A stretch of 64,000 nucleotides of DNA from positions 32,043,861 to 32,107,860 of the forward strand of contig NC_081361.1 in NCBI RefSeq assembly GCF_030684315.1. Reading direction: 5' to 3'. Of the stretch, positions 14,150-26,105 are shown piece by piece. The stretch's first letter is position 1. The number at the start of each line of letters is the position of its first letter. Both the position numbers and the translations under genes were made by a program. Source of the stretch: Stegostoma tigrinum. Taxonomy: Eukaryota. Under the pieces are notes generated by a model. That model was not told the DNA's origin. It ran no database searches and saw nothing but the letters and a program-made list of their open reading frames with translations.

Positions 14150-17100
14150 AATATGCTGTATGCAGCAGGGAGCACAATGAACAAAGCAAATGAATTACAG
14201 GTCTACTTTAAGGGTGGATCATGGTAATATTCACTGAAGCAAGGCTGCAAGACAGTCAGGACTGGGAACTAAATATAGCAGGCTATAAAGCTTCTGAAGA
14301 CATAAGAAACAGGAATAACTTTAGTTATCAACACAGAAACATAGAAAATAAGAGCAAGAGTCGGCCATTTCACTGTTCAAGCCTGCTCCGGCATGCAATA
14401 TGATGATGGCTGATAGTCCAACTTATTACCCTGTTCCTGTTTTCTCCCTATACTCTTTGATCCCTTTAGCTCTCATAACTGTATCTAACATCTTCTTGAA
14501 AACATTCAATATTTTGGTTTCAGCTGTTTTCTGTGACAGACAGTTCCAAAGGCTCACCATTCTCTGGGTGATAAATTTTCTTCACATCTCAGTCCTGAAA
14601 GGCCAATCTCGTTTCCTTAGACCATGACCCATGTTTTGGGACTCCTTGATCATCAGGAATATCCTTCCTTTGTTTACCTTGTCTAGTCATGTCTGAACTA
14701 TATTGGATTCTATCAGATCTCTCCTCATTCTTTGACACATTAATGAACATAGTTCTATCCGCTCCAGTGTCTCTTCATATGTCAGTCCTGCCATCCCAGG
14801 AATTAGTCTGGTAAATCTTTGATGCTCTCCCTCCATCACCAGGATTTCCTTCTTCAGAGAGAAGACCAAATTGCTCACAATACTCAAGGTGCGGCCGCAC
14901 CAAAGCCCTGTCCAATTGCTGTAAAACGTACCTATTTGTGTACAAGAACCCTCTCACTACAAAGGCCAACCTTTTGCCTTCTTCACTGCTTGCTTACTTT
15001 CAGCAATTGGTGTTCAAGGACTCCCTGATCTGATTGCAGAGAGGTTAGGTATGAAATAAAAGCAATGAAAGCAGAGGATAAGACCGGAGGTAAACAGGCA
15101 GTGGAGATATTCTGGCAGAAATAAGAAACAGAAGAGATTTTACAAATGGAGGGGGAATTACAAATAGCAGCCCTGCTCAGTAACAGCTGAGAAGAGGTAA
15201 AAAGCATAAATGTAGAAATCAAACAAATGTTTAGCAAAGCAAAATGGTTTTCATGGCATTTTTTCTTCTTAAAGATTAGGATAAGCATTCGAGCACATAT
15301 CAGAAATATAGTAGGGATCTGAGATCAAACAAGGGATCAGGCCACAGCAGATTCAGGAATGAGTAATGAACAAAATTTAATTAACAGGCTAACGGCAAGA
15401 TAACATTTCCATAACAAACGTAATATGACTGAGCTCAACACAACATTTAAAAGGGAGAAACACAAACAGCTAGCAAGGTTCTAGATTTAGGCAAGGCCAA
15501 CTTCAAAGCAACAAGACAGAGACCGACAAAGAAGATAACTCTATTATTAGGTAAAAGGACAAGATCAGTGGAAGATGTTCAAAAATAATTTCGCGCGCTG
15601 GTTAACATCACTAAGGGGACAGGAGCCCTACTTGTCAAAAAAAAGGCAGCTATAGACACCTGAAGAAGTAAGAGACAAAATAAAACAAAAAGAAAAAGCA
15701 CATACAAATGCAAAGAAAATTGCACAGATCCTGTTAACTAAAAGAAAAAAGGGACAGCAAAAGGTGACAAAACACATAAGTTTGTTACTCTGAAGGATAA
15801 AGGATAATGAAACAAAACTTGCATGGATATCAAAGTCTCAGATTTTTTTTAAACAGTTATATCAGGAAGTAGTAGTTCAGTAGATACTTGGATCTCTGAT
15901 ATTGTAACTGACAATAAGGAAATAGCAGGCATGTCGAACATCACTACATAAGCATTTACTATGAAGAAAATAGATATCTTGCCAGGTGTTCTAGGAAAAC
16001 TAATACTGATTCAGGATGAGGACTCACCAAAATGAACAGAACAAAGTAAAACACTGCTGAAGAAAATAAAAAGGAAGTGAGAAGTTTCCACAAGTGGATG
16101 GTTTCCAATTTGGGTTTCAATAGGATTTGGTGTGACAATGCAGATATCCTAACTTTAAACTTCCAAAGTTGGCTCGATAAGAGGACTGTTTATTTAGGCT
16201 AGAATATGAAATGGTTCCTTCATGTAAAAAGGTTGGATGGGTTAAGGCAGGAATTTATTAACCAGTTAACTTATTACCTATTGAGAAGAAATTTCTGGGA
16301 GCTGTAATTAGGTAGGTCGTGAATCAACATTTTAGAAGTTTTTCAAGATGGTTGGACAGACAGCAATGATTTGTAATAAGCAGAATCATGCCAGTCAAAC
16401 TTGACAATTTTTTTTGAAGAGGCGATGAAAGGAGTGGACAAGACAATGCCATTGGATGGTATTTGTAGAGTTCCAGAAAGCAATTGATAAAGTCTTTCTA
16501 ACAGACTGCTTTTTAAAGTTGAAAATCATGGAATTTAAGAGAAATAACTGACCTAGTTAGGTAACTAACTGAGCAGCAAAAGACAAGGAATGGGGATAAT
16601 AAAGGCTAGGTATTCCAACATGCAGAATGCGACTACAGGAATCCTGTGAAGATCTGTGCTGAAGCCTCAACTATTCACCACATTTATTAAGGACTCCGAA
16701 GATGGGATAGAAAACCTATATTCATATTTGTCAATGTGATAGAAGATTACAGGCAGTACAGCTTCTCTTCATCTTTGACACTGGCTATCAGGACCCTGGA
16801 AAGGCCAGCATTTGTTTCTCATCTCGGAGTTGGGCACACAATCTATTAATATCGTTTTGTAACTTTAAGTGAATTGGCAAAATGTAGCAAACAGATTTCA
16901 AAGTCAGCAAATACGACATCATCTCACGTTTTAGTGCAATATTTAAACTAGACCTAAAAAGAACACAGTAACCTATAAATAATGATATTATAGAGCATGA
17001 AAGGGCTTGGAAGTCCATTAAATGGATCATTAAAATTTCATGAGTAGGTACAGAAAATCATCAAAACTGCAAATGGCTTTATTGTAGAGAATCAGAATGC

Positions 17101-17660
17101 AAGAGGCAGAAAGGATGCTCCAGCGAATGGAATCCCGGTCAGAGCACACTGGGAATACTTACAGCAGGTCTGGTCACCACACCACTTGAAGGATATACTG
17201 GAGCTAGATTCCTACATTATCAGGAGATATTGCACAAATAGAGTTGTATTATCCTGAATTCAGAAGATCAGTGGGTGATTAAATCAAAGTTTTCAAGACA
17301 ATAGTATGAACGAGAAAGGGACAAAAACAATATATGATGGCTGGACAATTTCAGAGCCAAACATCTGAGTGAAATTAGCAAAGTGTGGAGCTGGATGAAC
17401 ACAGCAGGCCAAGCAGCATCTCAGGACCATAAAAGCTGACGTTTCGGGCCTAGACCCTTCATCAGAGAGATGACCCTAGAACCTCTCTGATGAAGGGTCT
17501 CAGCCCGAAACGTCAGCTGAGATGCTGCTTGGCCTGCTGTGTTCATCCAGCTCAACACTTTGTTATCTTGGATTCTCCAGCATCTGCAGTTCCCATTATC
17601 ACTGAGTGAAATTAGCAACCATTTACCACACAGGATAGATGTTTAGAACTCTCTTTGACA
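14150..17660 (+). mobile_element. Old, long CR1 ORF2 remnant (APE to RT) with an antisense CR1 (about 14335-15030) and a PLE nested inside
   Basis: IFTEARLQDSQDWELNIAGY (APE-like) and decayed RT motifs; the antisense insert gives RALVRPHLEYCEQF. Confidence 0.7.
17382..17601. mobile_element. Short palindromic PLE-derived insertion with two inverted hammerhead-like motifs and 17-bp TSD
   Basis: TSD ctgagtgaaattagcaa at 17365-17381 and 17602-17618; motifs at 17438-17465 (-) and 17487-17514 (+). Confidence 0.9.
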
Positions 17661-17707
17661 AAGGGCAATTTATCTTGGAACTTAAAACAATTGCCATCAT
17701 CAGGAAA

Positions 17708-19061
17708 TGTGAGGTTGGATGAACACAGCAGGCCAAGCAGCATCTCAGGAGCGCAAAAGCTGACGTTTCGGGCCTAGACCCTTCATCACAGAGGGGGATG
17801 GGGTGAGGGTTCTGGAATAAATAGGGAGAGAGGGGGAGGCGGACCGAAGGTGGAGAGAGTATAGGTGGGGAGGTAGGGAGGGGATAGGTCAGTCCAGGGA
17901 AGACGGACAGGTCAAGGAGGTGGGATGAGGTTAGTAGGTAGGAGATGGGGGTGCGGCTTGGGGTGGGAGGAAGGGATGGGTGAGAGGAAGAACAGGTTAG
18001 GGAGGCAGAGACAGGTTGGACTGGTTTTGGGATGCAGTGGGCGGAGGGAAAGAGCTGGGCTGGTTGTCTGGTGCAGTGGGGGGAGGGGACGAACTGGGCT
18101 GGTTTAGGGATGCGGTGGGGGAAGGGGAGATTTTGAAGCTGGTGAAGTCCACATTGATACCGTTAGGCTGCAGGGTTCCCAAGCGGAATATGAGTTGCTG
18201 TTCCTGCAACCTTCGGGTGGCATCATTGTGGCACTGCAGGAGGCCCATGATGGACATGTCATCTAAAGAATGGGAGGGGGAGTGGAAATGGTTTGCGACT
18301 GGGAGGTGCAGTTGTTTGTTGCGAACCGAGTGGAGGTGTTCTGCAAAGCGGTCCCAAGCCTCCGCTTGGTTAGGAGGCTTGGGGACCGCTTTGCAGAACA
18401 CCTCCACTCGGTTCGCAACAAACAACTGCACCTCCCAGTCGCAAACCATTTCCACTCCCCCTCCCATTCTTTAGATGACATGTCCATCATGGGCCTCCTG
18501 CAGTGCCACAATGATGCCACCCGAAGGTTGCATATTCCGCTTGGGAACCCTGCAGCCTAACGGTATCAATGTGGACTTCACCAGCTTCAAAATCTCCCCT
18601 TCCCCCACCGCATCCCTAAACCAGCCCAGTTCGTCCCCTCCCCCCACTGCACCAGACAACCAGCCCAGCTCTTCCCCTCCGCCCAATGCATCCCAAAACC
18701 AGTCCAACCTGTCTCTGCCTCCCTAACCTGTTCTTCCTCTCACCCATCCCTTCCTCCCACCCCAAGCCGCACCCCCATCTCCTACCTACTAACCTCATCC
18801 CACCTCCTTGACCTGTCCGTCTTCCCTGGACTGACCTATCCCCTCCCTACCTCCCCACCTATACTCTCTCCACCTTCGGTCCGCCTCCCCCTCTCTCCCT
18901 ATTTATTCCAGAGCCCTCACCCCATCCCCCTCTCTGATGAAGGGTCTAGGCCTGAAACATCAGCTTTTGTGCTCCTGAGATGCTGCTTGGCCTGCTGTGT
19001 TCATCCAGCCTCACATTTTATGATCTTGGATTCTCCAGCATCTGCAATTCCCATTAACTCC
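17708..19061. mobile_element. Penelope-like element 3' end (GIY-YIG C-terminus plus pLTR) as a 1.35-kb palindrome with 15-bp TSD
   Basis: Arms about 17705-18363 and 18373-19018, 9-nt spacer. Encodes RFAEHL...PVANHF...EQQLIFRLGTLQPNGINVDF. TSD gccatcatcaggaaa at 17693-17707 and 19062-19076. Confidence 0.92.
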
Positions 19062-20091
19062 GCCATCATCAGGAAAGGCTTGTTAAGAAAACTTTTGAAA
19101 CTTAAGACTAAAGTCTCAGGACATCATGGATTTCAGTTGCAGAGATGATAGATTCCTACATTCCAGAAAATTTCAATTAGATTGGAAAATAGTGAATCGA
19201 CCTCCCCTATTCAAGACAAGAGGGAGACAGAAAGCAAGAAGCTACAGGCCAGTTAAACTATTCCTGTTCTTTTTACCTATGAAATTAAAGTCACTACAGT
19301 CCCTTCGGCCATACGCTGCTCTCTCATTAGACAGACAACTGGTGAAAAATCTAACCTGAGGGTCACCACACTTCAGGTGAAGGACAAGGCTGAGAATGTG
19401 AGGTCTTCAGGGTGACCTCAGCCAGTATAGATATTAACCTGTGCTGTTGGCGTGACTGTGTGTCACAAACTAACTGCAAAGGCAACAGAGCTAACCAACC
19501 GCCACAATGGGGGCAAAGATCAGAGACTTTGTAGATGCTGTTGCTAAAAGGCATGACGCAGGTATTACCATTCTAATAGGCTCCAGGTTAGTACCCAGCC
19601 CAAACAATGGGATAGCCTGCCTAATGGGAGGGCTATGAGATTCTGAAAGTGTTAAGAGACAGCAGTCTGTTATGGTTGTTAAGATCAGGAAACAAAAATA
19701 CCAGATGCTATCTATTCTCAAGTTTACCAGCATCAGAGCGATTGTTACGGCTTCTACAGAGCTGTGGGTATCCACTGGTGCTTAAATGCTTTTTAGGTCG
19801 ACATCTGTTGCAGGTTGCAATCAAGCTGCTAGAGACTCCACCACGGCCCTGTTGTGCTGCAATGGTGGTGTCCCTACCCCTGGACTGGGAAGCCCGTGTT
19901 CAAGTCCCACCCGCTCTAGAGGCGTGCAATATCTCTGAACTGGTTGGTTAGTAAAAATAGGTATACCCTCTATTAATTCCTCCAAAAAAGAAATAGCTTT
20001 CTGGCTGTCACAAATGAGAGCTATTGCTTGAACAGTTGCTTCTGTCAATTGTCACACATCCCTAAAGACTGACCTCTGTCAGTGCATAGTA

Positions 20092-21201
20092 CAGTCAGTG
20101 CTGCTATAATGCGTGCTCCGGCAAGGCAAATTGGCGATAACACGATTCCATCGGTGCATGAAGGAGTACACATCGACATCACATGTTCATTTTGCAAGCT
20201 TTGTTCTGAGCATGCACAACGTTAGCACCGAAAGTGTCTCAGCACTGGCATCATGTGAACGCAACTGACATTATTGTGGAGACCTGGGCTGATGTCAGTA
20301 AGGACTGCTTGCATGCTGTTCAGTGGAAGCTTCTCCCAGATTTTTTTCACGATATTAAACGCTTTGATCTGTCAGAGGAGCTCCCACAAATCAAAGAACA
20401 CTGTGTTCATCTTGCTAAGCAACTGGATATGAAGTGGAGAATGAGGATATTGAAGAACTGCTTGAATCCTATTGTGAAGACCTCTCTCCAGCTGAACCAC
20501 AACTTGTTGCTGAGGGGAGGTGGAAGCTGGAGACGAAGAAGACGAAGACCAGAATGCAACATCATAAGAGCTTTCTACTTCTGATTTTGCCTTCCATCCT
20601 GAGGGAAATTGAGAAGCAGTTGCAACTTTTGGAGGTCAATTACTACAATGCAGAACACAACAGGGTAGCAGTTTGTGGAGTAAGAACTTATTTGGCACCC
20701 TATGAACATCTTCTTCATGAAAGAAGAAAAAGGGCAAAACAGCAAAAACTGGAGGTCTTTTTCAAGCCAACCCCCAAGAAACAATCAGAAGACAATGAAC
20801 CACAGCCATCAACTTCCAGAATAACTATTTTTCATCCTAATCCTGCAACCACAATTGCAACTGAAAGTGATGATAATGATGACAATGGCGATGACGACAA
20901 CCCTCAGCCCCTGTACTAACAGCAGAAAAAGCTCAAAACCTCATTCCCCATCAAGTCATTTTGACATTGTTTCAAGGTAAGGTGTTTAAATTTAATTTTA
21001 TTTCATTATTAGATAGGAATTAAATATTTATTCAAACTGTGCTATTCTTTGTGTTAGGGTTTTGAGTGACTTTGAGTGATATTTTTTGCTGGACTGCCCC
21101 TAACCCCACTTGTCCCAGAGGCCTCGTTATTTCTATAGCTCGACTTTCTATAATACTGTTGCATAAGAAACTCAATTATCGCGTTATAGCAGAACTCACT
21201 T
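20092..21201 (+). mobile_element. Internally deleted Tigger/pogo-like DNA transposon
   Basis: TA-flanked TIRs cagtcagtgctgctataatgcg / cgcgttatagcagaactcactt (18/22 match). Transposase C-terminal remnant (W..VSKDCL, EDIEELLES, KQQKLEVFFK) with a frameshift. Confidence 0.85.
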
Positions 21202-21711
21202 TATGCAATTTGAATAACTTTCTTTCCAGGTAATTACCCATGAGCTTTTGGTCGTAAAAGCCGTAGAAACCTTCCTCTCAGCCCCTCCTGCAACGTCCTG
21301 ATGGATCACAGATTGGGGCAGAGGAACACAGAAAAGGGATTATTCTCCAGGAACTCATGTTTAAACTAATTCTCATCATAATCATCATAGAAAACAAAGA
21401 AGAAATTTATGCCTGCAGTTCATCATCAACCCGCTCTTCATACTTTGCTATGGTGAACATGTAGCAAGCAAAGTTCTCAGCCAAGCACATGAGTGTCTGA
21501 TGTTCTTGACTTTAAAATATGAGGAAATAGATTTGCTGATAATCTAGACAACTAAGTTTTAAGATTTTTGCACAGTGAAGTAAGTCTCATGTAAATGGCT
21601 CCTCCCATCCAATACTGAAATTAACTACAGAAGCTACCATCAGTGATTCCTCCAAGTGTTGTTCAACATTAAGGGGTACAGATTCATCAGAACACACACA
21701 GAACAAAGAAC

Positions 21712-22058
21712 CCGTACTGTGTGGAAACAGACCATTTGGTCCAACAAGTCCACACCAACCCTCCAAACAGCATCCCACCCAGGCCCATCTCCCCACTCTT
21801 TCCCTGTAACCCTACATTTCTCATGGCTAATGTGCCGAATCTATGTATCTCTAGAAACAATGGGGCAATTTAGCATGGCTAATCCAGCTGACCTCCACAT
21901 CTTTGAACTGTGAGTGGAAACCAGAACACCCAGCAGAAGCCCATGCAGACATGGGGGGAACATGCAAACTCAACACAAACAGTTGCCCCAGGGTCGAATT
22001 GAATCCTGGGTCCCTGGCGCTGTGTGGCAGCAGTGTTAACCACTGAGGCACCGTGCTG
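21712..22058 (-). mobile_element. HE1-like SINE
   Basis: Same family on the minus strand. Confidence 0.88.
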
Positions 22059-22231
22059 CAGACTATGGAGGACGGTGCATGTAATCAGTAGGATGTTTCC
22101 TTGCCTGTGTTTCACCTAAAGCCATGAAACTTCCTGGAATCCAGTGCGAATGTTAGGACTTGCTCAAACCTTTGAAGAAAGGAGTTGGAGTGACACGTTG
22201 AGATTGTACAGGATGTCGGTGAGGTCTCTTG

Positions 22232-22605
22232 TCGAGTCATACAGCTTGGTAACAGACCCTTCAGTCCAATCACTCCATGCCGAACATAATCCCAAACTAA
22301 ACTAGCCCCACCTGCCTGCTCCTGGCCCATATCCCTCCAAACCTTTCCTATTCATATACTTATCCGAACATTGTAATTGTACCCACATCCACCACTTCCT
22401 CAGGAAGTTTACTACACACGCAAACCAGCCTGTGTAAAAAAATTTTGTCTCCTCTCACCTTAAAAATGTACTCCTTTGTCTTGAAATCCCCCATCCTACA
22501 GAAAAAACAACAATCATTAACTTTATCTATACCACATATTATTTTATAAACTTCTATCAGATCACCTGTCAACATCCTATATGCCAGTTAAAAAAGTCCC
22601 AGCCT
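22232..22605 (-). mobile_element. CR1/HER1 3' end
   Basis: LTGDLIEVYKII...KLPEEVV plus tail. Confidence 0.85.
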
Positions 22606-24202
22606 ATCTTGTTCATGACCCCACCCCCAACCACGTAAACATCATCCCCAAGATCATCCACAACCTCATCACTTCAGGTGAGCTCCCACCCACAGCCTCC
22701 AACTTAATCATTTCCCAACCCCACACAACCAATTTCTATTTTGGGCAGCACGGTGGCTCAGTGGTTAGCACTGCAGCCTCACAGTGACAGGGACTCAGGT
22801 TCGATTCCAGCCTTGGGTGACTGTCTGTGTGGAGTTTGTATGTTCTCCCCGTGTCTGCGTGGGTTTCCTCAGAGTGCTCCAGTTTCCTCCCACAGTCCAA
22901 AGATGTGCAGGCTAGGTGGAACGGCCATGCTAAATTGCCTGTAGTGTTCAGGGGTGTGTGGGTTATAGGGGAATGGGTCTGGGTGGGAAGCTTCAAGGGG
23001 GCGGTGTGGACTTGTTGGGCTGAAGGGCCTGTTTCCACACTGGAGAGAATCTAATCTAATGTAATCTCCTTCCCAAAATCCACAAACCTGACTGCCCTGG
23101 TCGCCCCATTGTCTCCGCCTGCTCCTGCCCCACTGAACTTATCTCGACTCCATTTTCTCTCATTTTAGTGCAGGAACTCCCCACCTATGTCCGTGACATC
23201 ACCCACGCCCTCCACCTCCTCCAAAACTTCCGATTCCCTGGCCCCCAACACTTCATCTTTACCACTGACGTCCAGTCCCTAAACACTTACATTCCCCATG
23301 CAGATGGCCTAAAGGCCCTCCGCTTCTTCCTCTACCGCAGGCCTGACCAGTCCCCCTCTTCTGACACCCTCATCCACTTAGCTGAACTCGTTCTCACCCT
23401 TAACAATTTTTCTTTCAATTCCTCCCACTTCCTACAGACAAAGGGAATGGTCATGGGTACCTGCATTGGCTCAAGCTATGCCTGCCTCTTTGTACATTAC
23501 GTGGAACAATCTCTCTTCTGGAGCTACACTGGCCCTACCCCCACCTCTTCCTCCGCTATATCAATGACTGTATCGGCGCCACCTCGTGCTCCCACAAGGA
23601 GCTCAAACAGTTTATCCACTTAACCAACACCTTCCAACCCAACCTTAAGTTCACCTGGACCATCTCTGATACCTCTCTCTCCTTCCTGGATGTCTCTGTT
23701 TCCATCTCTGGCAACCACCTGGAAACCAATATCATTTCAAGTCTACCAACTCCCACAACTACCTAGAATACACCTCCTCTCACGCACCTTCCTGCAAAAA
23801 TGCCATCCCCTGTTCCCAATTCTTTCGCTTCCACAACATCTGCTCCCGAGAGGAGGCATTCCACTCCCAGACATCCCAGATGTCCTCGTTTTTCAACGAC
23901 CTCAACTTCCCTTCCACAGTGGTCAAAAACACCCTCGACCGTGTCTCTTGCATTTCCCGCAACTCATCCCTCACACCCCCTCCCAGCAATAACAACCAAA
24001 ACAGAATCCCCCTTGTCCTCACGTACCACCCCACCAACCTCAGGATCCAACGCATCATCCTCCGGCACTTCTGCCATCTGCAATCTGACCCCACCACCAA
24101 AGACATTTTTCCCTCCCCACCCTCAGCTGCTTTCTGGAGGGACCACTCTCTCCGTGATTCCCTTGTCCACTCCATGCTCCCCACCAGCCCCACCACATCC
24201 CG
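22605..24202 (+). pseudogene. Degenerate Penelope-like reverse transcriptase ORF fragment, interrupted by a SINE
   Basis: FY|LLPKIHKPDCPGRPIVS, DVQSLNTYIPH, NNFSFNSSHFLQTKGMVMG, RYINDC (decayed YIDD), RIPLVLTYHP; multiple frameshifts. Confidence 0.9.
22743..23062 (+). mobile_element. HE1-like SINE inserted into the PLE RT
   Basis: Full head, core and tail; splits the FY/LLPKIHK coding sequence. Confidence 0.9.
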
Positions 24203-25294
24203 GATATGAATAGGAAAGGTTTGGAGGGATATGGGCCAAATGCAGGCAGGTAGGACCAGTTTAGTTTGGAAACATGATCAATGGGGACTAGTTGGATCGA
24301 AGGTTCTGTTTCTATACTGTACTGTTCTATGGCTGTATGATTCTAAGTAGTATACTTCTTATATTTTGGAGTTTTCTGAGGATCATTTGAATGACACCGT
24401 GGCCACATTTCACAGGAGGTAGTTGACAACCTGCTCCACAGCCACTGCCAATTTTAAAACATGCTTCCTAATCTAGTCTATACAATGCTTAAATCTGCCA
24501 GGTGTACAATGCAAGGAATACAATAACCAAACTGTTAACATGGTGAATCAACTCTTTCCAACTAAAATGACTGTCCTTCCCACTTTCGTCATCCTCCCCT
24601 TTCTTCTCTATCACATATTACAACTATTTTCCCTTCATTTCCCTTTGTGTATCTTCTTCTGTTACTGTTGCTTTTCCTCTGCCCAGCAAACTGTATGGTT
24701 TCTGCGCACTTTCAAAGTACATGTGCAAAATTCCACAACAACGAAATATCACATCACAGACATGAGTTATAGAACAGAAATTACCTTAAAAAGCATTTAA
24801 AGCAGAGTAAATGAAGCCTGCTGAGATGAGAAGTATCAATTAATGCCTACTGTTACATTCTTGTCTTGATCTCTAATAACATATGGAGATTTCATTATAA
24901 ATATAGACTCTTTTTGATTGCCACACAGAACTAATATTCCGTGCTCTTTGGGGTATTCTGCTGGAAATAGGTCAGTTTATTTTGAAAACAAATCTTTTGA
25001 TGTACTACAAGAAAGCTTCTATATAATTTCTCAAGCTTAATTACACCTTACACACTACATACATCACCATACAATTTTTGTTTATATATTTTATTCACTA
25101 TCTACACATGCTTAAAATTCAAATTATTTTGGTGAATATTATTCATTTGCTTGCCTGCAACTAGAAAGTTTATTGTAATTAGGTATCAAATTTCAGATGC
25201 ATTCCATTTGGTCTGAATTCCAGAACACAGCCACAAAGCCGTTTTTGTTTCGGATATTTTAGCCGCTTTCAAACAACATCGAGGAAAAGAGAGG

Positions 25295-26105
25295 AAGTGC
25301 TAGGTCCCTTATTGCTCGTGATATACATGATAAATATAAATGAGATACAAGGGAATGTGAAGAACACGATAATTAAATTTGTGGATGCCACAGAGATTGG
25401 GCGAGTAGTTGACAGCGAGGAAGAAGGTCTTAGATTACAGGAGATTAAAGTCGGATTGGTCAGATGGGTGGATCAGTAGCAGATGGAATTTAACCCTGAA
25501 AAGTGTGAGACGATGCACTTTTGAAGAAGCAACAACACAAGGGATTACTCAGTGAATGGCTGGACATGAGCAAGTTCAGAGAAATAGAGGGGTCTTAGGG
25601 TGCTTGTCCACAGATCCTGGAAGGCCGTATAACAAGTTAATAGTGTGCGGCAGAACAGGTTAATAATGTCGTTACCAATGTTGTTATGGGACATGACTCT
25701 ATCATGTCTATATCACAGACTATAACAGCAGATCAGTCTTGAGGAGCTGTACAGAACTTTTATTAGATCACAACTGGTGTACTATGTGCAATTCTGGTCA
25801 CTACACAATAGGAAGGATGTGATTGCACTGGAGGGTGTGCAAAGGAGGTTCACCTGGATGTTGTCTGGGATGGAGCATTTGAACTATGAAGAGAGCCTGG
25901 ATAAGCTCTGGTTGTTTCATTTAGAGCAGAGATTGCTGTGAAAGAACCTGATGGAGGTGTATAAGATCATGATGACATGACAGGGTGGATAGAAAGCAGC
26001 CGTTCCCTTTGGGGCTGGAAAGTGGGGCTAGATTAGATTTAGAGTAGTTTTGTTGGTGAAGATTTGATAGGCCAAAGGGCCTCTTTTGTATTGTATGATT
26101 CTATG
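25295..26105 (+). mobile_element. CR1 LINE 3' fragment
   Basis: VLGPLLLVIY...KFVDATEIGRVVDSEE. Confidence 0.85.
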
